Source: an uncultured Corynebacterium sp.
GTDB lineage: Bacteria; Actinomycetota; Actinomycetes; Mycobacteriales; Mycobacteriaceae
Assembly: GCF_946221105.1 (NCBI RefSeq)
Contig: NZ_CAMICL010000002.1
Location: forward strand, 14,541-78,540
Length of the DNA stretch: 64,000 nt
Reading direction: 5' to 3'
The position numbers and the translations under genes are program-made. The notes beneath the pieces are model-generated. The model did no database searches. It was not told the DNA's origin and worked only from the letters and a program-made list of their open reading frames with translations. Positions 27,413-36,722 of the stretch are shown piece after piece (the first letter of the stretch is position 1; every line of letters begins with the position of its first letter).

Positions 27413-29212
27413 TTAGCCGCGCACGTTGTGGCCGATGACTGCTGGCAGGAGCAGGGGAGCGTCGCCTAGCAGCGCCTTGAGGTTGCCGTCGCGCTCCACC
27501 GCACTGGTGACGGTGCGGACCTTCGAGCCTGACTTGTCGCGACCGCGGCCCCGGTTGGCGCCAGCAGCCATGGGTCCTGCGGCCACGGCACCGCCGCGTG
27601 CGCCGTTGGTGTTCTGGTTACCAGCCGCGCCTGCGGCGGCATACGACGAGCTTGCGCCAGCGTTGCCGAAAGCGGAACCCGTGCCGCCACCGAAGCCTGC
27701 ACCATTGCCACCTGGGCGCATGCCATTGGCGCCGAGGCTGCCAGCGCGACGATTGCCCGCCGCGGAACCAGCGCTGCCAAAACCTGCGCCGGCGCCGGCG
27801 CCGGCGCCGGCACCGGCACCGGCACCGCGGCCGCTTCCCACGCCCGGCCGAGCGCCGTTTGCGGCCCCCGCGCCAGCGCCATGACCTTGCGCCGCGCCTA
27901 CGCCACGGCTCCCTGCAGGGCCGCTACCCGGAGCGAGGCCAACTCCTGCCGCGCCAGTGCCAGGCGCTGCACCGGAGCCGGAGGCGCTGATGCCGCTTGC
28001 GGGCAGGCCTACGGTGCCAGAGCCGCCGTTGGCGGTGGGAGTGAGGGAAGTGACGGGTGCAGTGGCACCGCCCGTCGGCAAGCTGCCTGCTGCTGGCGGC
28101 GCCGGCGGGGCGAGCACCGCGGATGCCGATTGGGTTGGCGCTGCGCCTGCCGCGATGCGCTCAAAGGTTTCGGGCGTGGGGCGGCCGTACTGCTGGATGA
28201 CTTCCGCGGGCGACTTCGCGTGTGCGAGATCGGCGAAACCGCGGCTGGCCAGCACGTCGCGAAGCCCTCGCGGCAGCTCGGTCGGTGTGTACGACGTTTC
28301 GGCCGGAGCTGGCACATCGGTGCTCGCGTAGGGGGTCGAAGGCACGCTACCGGCGTCGGGCAGCAGCCGGTTAAAGATTGGGATCGCCGGCACCAACCCA
28401 GCCGTGACACGGGCGGGGTAGGAAGCCAGGTATTGCGCCTCGATCATCTTTTTCGCCGCTGGATGGATCGCCGCGGCGTACGCGGCTGCCGACGCAGCGG
28501 CAAACATCCGTTCCGAGTCCGCCGCCATACCGAGCGCCTGCGTGTGATTGGCAAGCGAAAACGAGTTAGCAACGTACCCGAGCCCGGCATTCTGAATCTG
28601 GGTGACTTTCTTCATCGCCTTTTCAATCCAGATCGTGTCCGCCGAGGAACTCAACGCATGCTGAACCCCGTTGAGTGCCTCCATGGCATCTGCGATGAGC
28701 CGCGCATTGGAATACCAAAAATCCGACGCCAGATACGCCAGGGGCGTATTGGTTGCGCTCAGCTTCATATCTGCACCGAGCAGGGACGACTCCGAAGCGG
28801 TGACCACGGCCGCATTGTTAAACGTGTTCGTCTTCGGATCCGCTGCCTTGAGCTGCTGGAACCCCTGCGAGTACAGCGGCGTCAGCGCCGCGGCAGGCTT
28901 GCCGAGCGGCGCCAGCAGCGAGCCCATCATCCCGGAGAACGACTCATCCGTCTGCTGCGTGTTAGTTAGGGCAAGCCACAGGTTGTCCGCGGTGTGCTTC
29001 AGATACAGCGCGATCGCTTGATTCGCTTCCGGTGCCCGCTCGTCGCCGATCGGGCTGAGACGCTCGCCCGCTTCGTCCAAGCCTCCCGCGTTGGAGAAAC
29101 TGGTGAGGGAAATCCTCTGAGTGAGACGGTGGTTGTTAGTGAGACTTTTGCCTATTTCTCGTAGCTGTTCAACAGCACGGAAGACTGCATCAGTATCGAT
29201 CGAAATCTTCAT
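27413..29212 (-). CDS. Large protein with an N-terminal helical domain and a C-terminal Gly/Ala-rich low-complexity region ((GA)n, PGRS-like).
   Basis: About 300-aa non-repetitive N-terminal domain, a Pro/Ala linker, then more than 150 aa of G/A/N/S repeats. No signal peptide. GGGGGT SD sequence 5 nt before the ATG at 29212. Confidence 0.65.
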   Translation of the reverse strand: MKISIDTDAVFRAVEQLREIGKSLTNNHRLTQRISLTSFSNAGGLDEAGERLSPIGDERAPEANQAIALYLKHTADNLWLALTNTQQTDESFSGMMGSLLAPLGKPAAALTPLYSQGFQQLKAADPKTNTFNNAAVVTASESSLLGADMKLSATNTPLAYLASDFWYSNARLIADAMEALNGVQHALSSSADTIWIEKAMKKVTQIQNAGLGYVANSFSLANHTQALGMAADSERMFAAASAAAYAAAIHPAAKKMIEAQYLASYPARVTAGLVPAIPIFNRLLPDAGSVPSTPYASTDVPAPAETSYTPTELPRGLRDVLASRGFADLAHAKSPAEVIQQYGRPTPETFERIAAGAAPTQSASAVLAPPAPPAAGSLPTGGATAPVTSLTPTANGGSGTVGLPASGISASGSGAAPGTGAAGVGLAPGSGPAGSRGVGAAQGHGAGAGAANGARPGVGSGRGAGAGAGAGAGAGAGFGSAGSAAGNRRAGSLGANGMRPGGNGAGFGGGTGSAFGNAGASSSYAAAGAAGNQNTNGARGGAVAAGPMAAGANRGRGRDKSGSKVRTVTSAVERDGNLKALLGDAPLLLPAVIGHNVRG

Positions 29213-29295
29213 TTGACCCCCATTGGTTGTAGTGCTTGGGGCCACCGTAACTTCGACAACAAGAACTCAAAAGAGTTTGTCCACTGAAATGGACA

Positions 29296-29961
29296 TTAAT
29301 GCTTCGCGCTCCTATTGGCAGCGAAAAGCGCATCTAGGTTCTCAATCGCAACTTCGCAAGTACGGTCTTGACTGTTGTAACCATCTAAACCGGAAGCCTC
29401 GGAAACGATCCCTCCGCGCGTCGTGTCAATCTGGGCGTAGCAGTGAGTTCCTATCCCGTTCTTGGGCCCGTAGACGAAGACATCGGGAAGTAGATCCGAG
29501 GAATATTGCTTCAAAATTGAGGTTTGCTCCTCAACAAACTTTTGACTCGCGTTGTTGTTTCCAAAACCCTCGCCGGGGAGATCGCTGTGTTTCGTGAAAT
29601 TGCACGCACTCAAACCGCGCGCTAACCCCGCGTACTCCTCCGGGATCGGCTCGACGTTGTCGAAGCCGGCGGCGGCGAATTCCTCGGGCGATATCTCGGT
29701 GCAGGGGTCGAAGATGTCGTCGCCGAGGGTGTAGGGGTCAAAGTCGCCGATTTCGAGGGTGCCGCTTTTGAAGTGGAACGCGGCGGGAGCATCGGCAGAA
29801 TCGCCAGCAGAACCGCCAATCGCACCGCCCGCTGCTTCGGCGCTGTGCTCGTTGTCCTGGTCGCTGGCGGTGGGGGCCGGAGGGGCGTCGATAGGCGAAG
29901 GCTCCGAAGCGCACCCCGCAAGTACCCCGCATGCCATGAGCCAAGCGATGTGGCGTTTCAT
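29296..29961 (-). CDS. Lipoprotein (LAGC lipobox). Unknown function, possibly DUF3558-like.
   Basis: MKRHIAWLMACGVLAGC signal peptide with lipobox. Two Cys pairs in the mature part. Confidence 0.65.
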   Translation of the reverse strand: MKRHIAWLMACGVLAGCASEPSPIDAPPAPTASDQDNEHSAEAAGGAIGGSAGDSADAPAAFHFKSGTLEIGDFDPYTLGDDIFDPCTEISPEEFAAAGFDNVEPIPEEYAGLARGLSACNFTKHSDLPGEGFGNNNASQKFVEEQTSILKQYSSDLLPDVFVYGPKNGIGTHCYAQIDTTRGGIVSEASGLDGYNSQDRTCEVAIENLDALFAANRSAKH

Positions 29962-29981
29962 GTACCCCTCCAATAAAAAAG

Positions 29982-30053
29982 CTTCCCCACCAGGACTCGA
30001 ACCTAGAATGACGGTACCAAAAACCGTAGTGTTGCCGATTACACCATGGGGAA
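29982..30053 (-). tRNA. tRNA-Gln (anticodon TTG), 72 nt, CCA not encoded.
   Basis: Manual cloverleaf. Acceptor TTCCCCA/TGGGGAA, D-arm GTGT..ACAC, anticodon stem ACGGT/ACCGT with loop UUUUGGU, T-arm CTAGG-TTCGAGT-CCTGG, followed by TTTTTT. Confidence 0.85.
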
Positions 30054-30129
30054 TAGCACCGCTGATTGTAGACCAGACCCGCCAACTGCCAAAGACGGGG
30101 TTAACACTACGACGCTCTAAGCTAGGGCG

Positions 30130-30796
30130 CATGGCTCGAAGGCGAATGACGGCACCCCAGCGCAGAGATCAGTTGATCGGAGTGGGCAGGCAAGCATTTG
30201 CTGAGCGGGGCCTCGACGGCATTTCCATGGAGGAGATCGCGGCGCGCGCCGGGGTGTCCAAACCTGTGGTGTACGAGCATTTCGGCAGCAAGGAAGGCCT
30301 GTACCAGGAGGTTGTGCGGCTGGAGATGGCCCGGCTGGAGCACACGATTACGTCGAATATCCAGGCCGGCCCGTGGCGCGACCGCATCGAGCGCGGCGTG
30401 CTGGCGCTTTTGACCTACGTGGAGGAGGAAACGGACGGGTTTGTCATCCTCGCGCACGGGCAGCTGCCGGGGGAGGGCAGGACGTACTCGACGATCCTCA
30501 ACCGCGTCACCGCCGAGGTGAGCTACCTGCTGGGGGAGGCATTTAAGCACCGCGGGCTCGACGAGTCGATGGCGGGGCTGTACGGTCAGGCGCTTGTGGG
30601 CACCGTCTCCAATTCGGCGCTGTGGTGGCTGGACGAGCGCACGCCCGACAAGCACACCGTGGCGGCGCACATTTCCAATCTGTGCTGGAACGGGTTGCGG
30701 GGGATGGAGGCGCAGCCGCGTGTGTACGGAAGCGGCGAGGCGAGCGAAAGCGCGAGCGACGAGACAAGCGGCGATACCGCAGAGAAGGATGCGTAA
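30130..30796 (+). CDS. TetR/AcrR-family transcriptional regulator.
   Basis: N-terminal HTH (ISMEEIAARAGVSKPVVYEHF). The ORF track's upstream extension spans the tRNA-Gln and is rejected. Confidence 0.85.
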
Positions 30797-30801
30797 GACA
30801 C

Positions 30802-33800
30802 ATGACTGACACCACCCCGCCCGTGTTGGGCGGTTTGCTCACCGCGGCGCTGACGGACCCGAAGCTGAAAGGCCTGGTCACGCACGTGGGCGAGGATTCG
30901 CTGCACGTCACTGGCATTGACCAGGTACGTTCTTGGGCTGCGGGCGCGATTGCGCGCGAGACGCCGGTGCTGCTTGTCACGGCCACCGGCCACGAGGCGG
31001 AGGACCTCGCCGCGGAGCTGAAGGCCATTTTGGGCGAGGAGAAGGTCGCGCAGTTCCCGGCATACGAGACGCTGCCGCACGAGCGTCTCTCGCCGGCGCC
31101 GGACATTGTGGGGCGCCGCTCGAAGGTGCTGTGGGACATGCCGCGCGTGATCGTCGCGGCGGCGCGCGCGGTGTGCCAGCCGGTGCTGCCGCCGGCGGAG
31201 CCTGTCAGCATCGCGGTGGATGAGGAGCACGACTTCGAGGAGCTGACCGCGCAGCTGGTGCACTTCGCGTACAACCATGTGGACATGGTGGCGTCGCGAG
31301 GCGAGTTCGCCACCCGCGGCGGCATCATCGACGTCTTCCCGACCACCGCGCAAAACCCTGTGCGCATCGAATTCTGGGGCGACGAAGTCACCGACATCCG
31401 CTCGTTCGCGGTCGCGGACCAGCGCACCATCGAGGAGGTGCGCGCGGTTGAGCTGCATCCTGCGAGGCAATTGCTTATCGACGACACCGTGGCCGCCAAA
31501 GCCGACGACCTCGCGCGAAAGTTCCCCTCGAACCCGACGTTGTCGTCGCTGCTCGCCCGCATCTCGGAAAAGCAGCCGGCGGATGGCATGGAGGCGCTCA
31601 TCCCGGCGCTGACGGACAAGCAGTACGCGGTGCTGCCGGAGCTTATGCCCGCAGGTTCCGTGGTGCTGGTGACCAACCCGGAGAAGGTGCGCACCCGCAT
31701 TGCCGACTTGGAGGCGACGGACCGCGAGTTCCTCGAGGCCGGCTGGGAGGCCGCCGCCATGGGCGCCGAGGGCCCTGTGGTGGTGGAGGGCCTGGACGTG
31801 TCCGCCTCGTCGTACCGCTCGTACGAGTCGCTGGAGGTCTCCGCGTCCAAGACCGGCAACGCTTGGTGGACGTTTGCCCCGCCCGGCATGTTCGCCGCCG
31901 ACGACGCGGAGACGCTGCCACTGGAATTCGAGGCCGCGCCCGCGCCGAAGGGCGACCCGAAGGCGATCGAGCAGCTCTACGCCACCCTGAAACTCCACAT
32001 CGGGCAGAACCACGGCAAGGTCGCGTTCGTGGCACCGGCGAAGGGCACGATCGACCGCATGGCGGAGCGCCTGCGCGAGCACGGCGTGTCCGCGCGCGTG
32101 GCCACACCCGGTTTGGAGCCGGTCGAGGGTGCGGTGACCTTGTACCAGGCGCTGTCGCACGCGGGCCTGGTCTTCGGCGGGCCGAACCTGGTCGTGGTCA
32201 CCGAAACGGACGTCACCGGCAACCGCGTCGGCGATATCGCGGGTGCTAAACGACGCGCCCCGCGCCGCCGCAACCGCGTCGACCCCCTCGCACTGCAGCC
32301 TGGCGACTTCGTCGTGCACGACACCCACGGCATCGGCAAGTTCGTGAAGATGGCCGAGCGCACCGTCAAAGCCGGCGACGAGGACTCGCGCCGCGAATAC
32401 ATCGTGCTGGAGTACCAGCCTGCCAAGCGCGGCCAGCCCGGCGACCAGCTGTGGGTGCCAATGGAGTCTTTGGACCTGCTGAGTAAGTACACCGGGGGCG
32501 AGAAACCGTCGCTAAGCAAGATGGGCGGCTCCGACTGGAAGTCCACTAAGCGCAAGGCGCGCGCCGCGGTGCGCGAGATCGCCGGCGAGCTGGTGGAGCT
32601 CTACGCCAAGCGCCAAGCCGCACCGGGCCACGCGTTCGCGCCGGACACCCCGTGGCAGCACGAGATGGAAGACGCCTTCCCGTTCGTGGAGACCGAAGAC
32701 CAGCTCACCGCCATCGAAGCGGTGAAGTCGGACATGGAAAAGCCCACGCCGATGGACCGCGTCATCGTCGGTGATGTGGGCTTCGGCAAAACTGAGGTCG
32801 CCGTGCGCGCCGCGTTTAAGGCAGTCCAGGACGGCAAGCAGGTCGCGGTGCTCGTGCCCACGACCCTTCTGGCCCAGCAGCACTTCTCCACGTTTAGCCA
32901 GCGCATGGACGGCTTCGGCGTGACGGTGCGCGAGCTGTCGCGCTTTACCACCGCCGCCGATTCGAAGAAGATCATTTCGGGACTTGCGGACGGCTCGGTG
33001 GACATCGTCATCGGCACCCACCGCCTGCTGCAGACGGGCGTGCAGTGGAAGAACCTCGGCCTGATCATCGTGGACGAGGAGCAGCGCTTCGGCGTGGAGC
33101 ACAAGGAGCACATCAAGGCGCTCAAATCGCACGTGGACGTGCTGACCATGACCGCAACGCCGATCCCGCGCACCCTGGAGATGTCTTTGACCGGCATCCG
33201 CGAGATGACCTCCATTACCACCGCGCCGGAGGACCGCCACCCGGTGTTGACCTATGTGGGCCCGCAGGAGGACAAGCAGGTCGCCGCCGCAATTCGCCGC
33301 GAGCTGCTCCGCGACGGGCAGGTGTTCTACATCCACAACAAGGTCTCCGACATTGAAAAGACCGCCCGCCAGCTGCGCGAGCTTGTCCCGGAGGCGCGCA
33401 TCGTGGTCGCCCACGGCCAGATGAGCGAGCAGGTGCTCGAGCAGACCGTGCAGGGTTTTTGGAACCGCGACTACGACGTGATGGTCTGCACCACCATCGT
33501 CGAAACCGGCCTGGACATCGCCAACGCCAACACCCTGATCGTGGAAAACGCCCAGAACATGGGCTTGAGCCAGTTGCACCAGCTGCGCGGGCGCGTGGGC
33601 CGTTCCCGCGAGCGCGCCTACGCGTACTTTTTGTACCCGAAGGACAAAACGCTCACGGAGACCTCCTACGACCGCCTGGCCACCATCGCCCAGAACAACG
33701 ATCTGGGCTCCGGCATCGCCGTGGCGCAAAAGGACCTGGAGATGCGCGGCGCCGGCAACGTGCTCGGCGCCGAGCAGTCCGGCCACATCGCTGGGGTGGG

Positions 33801-34446
33801 CTTTGACATGTACGTCCGCCTGGTCAGCGAAGCCGTGGAAACCTTCAAGGGGCTCATGAGCGGCGAGCCCATCGACGCCACCGACAAGGGCCCGAAAGAG
33901 ATCCGCGTGGACCTGCCCGTCGACGCCCACATCCCGGAGAGCTACATCAACTCCGAGCGTCTGCGCCTGGAGGTCTACCGCAAGCTCGCGGAAGCGCGCG
34001 ACGACGACGCCCTGACCGCCGCCGCCGACGACATGATCGACCGCTTCGGCGCCCTGCCGAAAGAGGTCGAGCACCTCATGGCCGTAGCGCGACTGCGCAA
34101 CCAGGCCCGCGAGGTCGGCGTTGCGGATGTGCTCACCCAGGGCAGTCGCATCAAGCTGCACCCGGTGGAGCTGCCAGACTCCAAGCAGGTGCGCCTGAAG
34201 CGCCTCTACCCGGGCGCGAACTTCCGCGCCGCGGCGAAAGCGCTGCAGGTGCCGATGCCGCGCGAGGGCGGGGCGAAGCGCGCGCTGAATTCGCCGAACC
34301 TGCGCGACCTGGAGCTTTTGCAGTGGGTCGCCGACTTCATGACGGAGATGCTCGACGCCCCGAAGATCTCCGTCGCGGGTGCTGCCGCGGATGCTGCGGC
34401 CGCAGAAAAGGCGCCGAAGAAGAAGGTGTTCTCCGTCAGCGAGTAG
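30802..34446 (+). CDS. mfd: Transcription-repair coupling factor.
   Basis: UvrB-homology region, RNAP-interacting domain, superfamily-2 helicase motifs (GDVGFGKTEVA, DEEQRFG) and the TRCF C-terminal domain. Confidence 0.95.
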   Translation: MTDTTPPVLGGLLTAALTDPKLKGLVTHVGEDSLHVTGIDQVRSWAAGAIARETPVLLVTATGHEAEDLAAELKAILGEEKVAQFPAYETLPHERLSPAPDIVGRRSKVLWDMPRVIVAAARAVCQPVLPPAEPVSIAVDEEHDFEELTAQLVHFAYNHVDMVASRGEFATRGGIIDVFPTTAQNPVRIEFWGDEVTDIRSFAVADQRTIEEVRAVELHPARQLLIDDTVAAKADDLARKFPSNPTLSSLLARISEKQPADGMEALIPALTDKQYAVLPELMPAGSVVLVTNPEKVRTRIADLEATDREFLEAGWEAAAMGAEGPVVVEGLDVSASSYRSYESLEVSASKTGNAWWTFAPPGMFAADDAETLPLEFEAAPAPKGDPKAIEQLYATLKLHIGQNHGKVAFVAPAKGTIDRMAERLREHGVSARVATPGLEPVEGAVTLYQALSHAGLVFGGPNLVVVTETDVTGNRVGDIAGAKRRAPRRRNRVDPLALQPGDFVVHDTHGIGKFVKMAERTVKAGDEDSRREYIVLEYQPAKRGQPGDQLWVPMESLDLLSKYTGGEKPSLSKMGGSDWKSTKRKARAAVREIAGELVELYAKRQAAPGHAFAPDTPWQHEMEDAFPFVETEDQLTAIEAVKSDMEKPTPMDRVIVGDVGFGKTEVAVRAAFKAVQDGKQVAVLVPTTLLAQQHFSTFSQRMDGFGVTVRELSRFTTAADSKKIISGLADGSVDIVIGTHRLLQTGVQWKNLGLIIVDEEQRFGVEHKEHIKALKSHVDVLTMTATPIPRTLEMSLTGIREMTSITTAPEDRHPVLTYVGPQEDKQVAAAIRRELLRDGQVFYIHNKVSDIEKTARQLRELVPEARIVVAHGQMSEQVLEQTVQGFWNRDYDVMVCTTIVETGLDIANANTLIVENAQNMGLSQLHQLRGRVGRSRERAYAYFLYPKDKTLTETSYDRLATIAQNNDLGSGIAVAQKDLEMRGAGNVLGAEQSGHIAGVGFDMYVRLVSEAVETFKGLMSGEPIDATDKGPKEIRVDLPVDAHIPESYINSERLRLEVYRKLAEARDDDALTAAADDMIDRFGALPKEVEHLMAVARLRNQAREVGVADVLTQGSRIKLHPVELPDSKQVRLKRLYPGANFRAAAKALQVPMPREGGAKRALNSPNLRDLELLQWVADFMTEMLDAPKISVAGAAADAAAAEKAPKKKVFSVSE

Positions 34447-34466
34447 CAGGGCTGCTGAGAGGCTGC

Positions 34467-35150
34467 CTAGAAGAACTGAGGCAGGATCAGCAGCATGCCG
34501 ATACTCCACGTCAGGTGCGCCGCGATGGGGGAGTAGAGCCTGCCGGTCTTCACGGACTCGTAGTAGGTCACAGCCCCCAGCACGCCGGCGGCGAAGACCA
34601 GAAGCGGCACGCCCATCACGCAGGTGACCAGGCAGTAGGCCAGTGTGGACCACACGCCAGCCTGCACCACCGACTGACCCATGCCCCGCAGCTGGCGCGG
34701 CACCGCGTCGCGGAACACCATCTCCTCGCCGGCGCCGTTGACCACTAGCACCAGCAAAGTCAGGAAGTACCCGCCTTTGTTCGGGGTCTGCAGCAGCTCC
34801 GCGGCCGGGCCGGCCAGCAGTGGGATGTGCTGCACCACCAGCGCGCCGAGGACGAACACGAGCGCGAGGGTGGCGCCGATGAGGGTGCCGCGGAGGACGT
34901 CGAAAAGCTTGCGGGGCCCCGCGAACGCCTCGCGGTCACCCCACAGCCACCACGCGGCCGCGTAGACCACCGCCGTAAACGCGGTGGCCCAGTAGAAGCC
35001 AGCGGTGCCGTCGCCGGCGCGGCGCGCGAGAAAGAGGCCGAGTGCGCCGAGCGCACACGGCACCAAAAGCAGCCATTGCCTGGTCACGTGGGGTCTTTGT
35101 CCGTCAACTTCCGCAAACACGGAAGCTAAGGTTACCGGCCCGCAGACCAA
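34467..35150 (-). CDS. CPBP-family intramembrane glutamic endopeptidase (CAAX protease/Abi).
   Basis: EExxxR motif (GEEMVFRD) and a conserved His motif within TM helices. Confidence 0.75.
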   Translation of the reverse strand: MVCGPVTLASVFAEVDGQRPHVTRQWLLLVPCALGALGLFLARRAGDGTAGFYWATAFTAVVYAAAWWLWGDREAFAGPRKLFDVLRGTLIGATLALVFVLGALVVQHIPLLAGPAAELLQTPNKGGYFLTLLVLVVNGAGEEMVFRDAVPRQLRGMGQSVVQAGVWSTLAYCLVTCVMGVPLLVFAAGVLGAVTYYESVKTGRLYSPIAAHLTWSIGMLLILPQFF

Positions 35151-35163
35151 GCAATTCCGACAG

Positions 35164-36486
35164 CTACTTCACGGAGAAGATGATCATCTCGGTGTCGTCG
35201 GGTTTGCCGCGGTAGCGGCCGTCGTCGCCCGGGAAGTTGTTGTCCAGCGCGGTGAGGTAGCGGCCGTCCTCGAGCTGGACGATGGTCTCGACGCTGAGCA
35301 GCGCGAATTGGAACGGATCGCCGATGCCGTAGGCGCGGGCGTCGGAAACCATGCCGATCTTCCCCGGGTTGGCAATGTCGAGCAGGTCCGCCATCAGCTC
35401 CTTTTTCACCGTGGAGCCGGCTTCAGCGTCCGCGAAGTCCTTGACCTCGAAGACCTTCTTCAGCTGCGCTTCCGAGCCGCGGAAATCGTCGCGCTCGAGC
35501 ACGAGCAGGCGGCCGTCCTTGGTCAAAAACGCGTCGCCGATCAGGGCGTCGTCGCCCTCTGCCACGTAGTTCCAGGTCTTGCCGGTGTACTTGCCGGACT
35601 CGGTGTCGAACTGGGAGATCACGCGCACGCGCTTGTCGGTGGCGCTGTCCAGGTAGCCCTCGAAAATGGGGTACAGGTAGCGGCCGTCGGTGGCCATCGC
35701 CTCGAAGCCCTTGGAGTTGCGCAGGTTCGGCTTTTCGTCCTTGCCCAGGGTCGGGTTCGACGGGCTCTTGACGCCGGGGTAGGGGTACGGGGCGTCGAGA
35801 AGCGTGCCGTCCTTATCAACGTGCAGGATGTAGGGGCCGAACTCCTCGCCGACCCAGAAGGTGCCGTCTTCGGCGCGGACGAAGGACTCCGGGTCGAAGT
35901 CGGCGCCGGTGAGCAGGCGGTCCTTGGTGTCGTTGTTGACGATCTCCCACGGGATCGTGTTGTTTGGGTCCTTCAACTCGATGTAGTCCAGCACTTCGAT
36001 GCCGCCGACGTCCTTCGGGTTCTTCGCGGTCTCGGCGGTTTCCCAATTCGGCTTCACCGTGTAGATGCGCAGCAGGAAGTCCGAGGAGTTCTGCTTCGAG
36101 CCGAAGCCGTTGTCCGGCAGTGCGAAGAACTCGCCGTCGCCCTTTTCGATCATGCCGGAAAAGCCCGGGATGACCTGGCCTTTGAACGGGTGGGTCTGGC
36201 CGTTGCCGTCGAAAGCGTCCTTGCCGGAGTCCGGGCCCGGCGCCTGGTAGAGCGCAGACAGCTTCGCGCGGCCTTCAAGCACCGGCCCGTTGACCTCGGG
36301 CGCGGGCTCGGTGTGGGCGGCGCCGTCGCTGGAGCCGGTCGCTTCCGAGCTCCCGCCAGCGGCGGAACCGATCGCGCCGCCGACGAGGCCGCCGACAACG
36401 AACGCGCCCGCGACAGCCGCGATGAGCTGCTCGAGGTTGAGGTTCTTAATGATCTGGTCGAGCGGGGGAGGGAGCTGAATATTCAT
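35164..36486 (-). CDS. Secreted/membrane-anchored protein of the 'esterase-like activity of phytase' family.
   Basis: N-terminal TM anchor and a C-terminal beta-propeller-like domain resembling PF13449-type proteins. My family assignment is tentative. Confidence 0.6.
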   Translation of the reverse strand: MNIQLPPPLDQIIKNLNLEQLIAAVAGAFVVGGLVGGAIGSAAGGSSEATGSSDGAAHTEPAPEVNGPVLEGRAKLSALYQAPGPDSGKDAFDGNGQTHPFKGQVIPGFSGMIEKGDGEFFALPDNGFGSKQNSSDFLLRIYTVKPNWETAETAKNPKDVGGIEVLDYIELKDPNNTIPWEIVNNDTKDRLLTGADFDPESFVRAEDGTFWVGEEFGPYILHVDKDGTLLDAPYPYPGVKSPSNPTLGKDEKPNLRNSKGFEAMATDGRYLYPIFEGYLDSATDKRVRVISQFDTESGKYTGKTWNYVAEGDDALIGDAFLTKDGRLLVLERDDFRGSEAQLKKVFEVKDFADAEAGSTVKKELMADLLDIANPGKIGMVSDARAYGIGDPFQFALLSVETIVQLEDGRYLTALDNNFPGDDGRYRGKPDDTEMIIFSVK

Positions 36487-36645
36487 ATGCCACTGCCTTT
36501 ACAATCGTGCGAAGCTGAGCGGAAAACTCAGGCGAAACTTAGTTTTCGCACAGCGAGTGTAAGGCGGGTCGGCCGGCTTCGCTCGGTGAAAACAGCCGAC
36601 CGATTCCCGCCCGGAGGCGCGGGGGAAGTACGATATTTTCCCGTC

Positions 36646-36722
36646 GCCCCTATAGCCCAATTGGCAGAGGCAGCGGACTTAAAATCCGCCCAGTGTCGGT
36701 TCGAGCCCGACTGGGGGCACCA
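36646..36722 (+). tRNA. tRNA gene (74 nt plus encoded CCA). The anticodon loop CUUAAAA reads as anticodon UAA (Leu) in a class I (short variable arm) body. The isotype needs confirmation.
   Basis: Manual cloverleaf. Acceptor GCCCCTA/TGGGGGC (one G.U), anticodon stem GCGGA/TCCGC, 5-nt variable loop, T-arm GTCGG-TTCGAGC-CCGAC, discriminator A, CCA. Confidence 0.8.

Noticed and set aside
27760-27890. Short GC-rich tandem repeats (GCGCCGGC-type) that might be taken for a CRISPR or microsatellite array
   Set aside because: They lie inside a continuous reading frame encoding (Gly-Ala)n. There is no spacer-repeat architecture and no cas genes.
30054-30129. Possible second tRNA next to tRNA-Gln
   Set aside because: No cloverleaf can be drawn and there are no T-loop or D-loop consensus elements.
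29759-30796. A 345-aa ORF extending upstream of the TetR gene
   Set aside because: The extension runs across the tRNA-Gln gene and the antisense of the lipoprotein gene. The TetR HTH begins right after the ATG at 30130.
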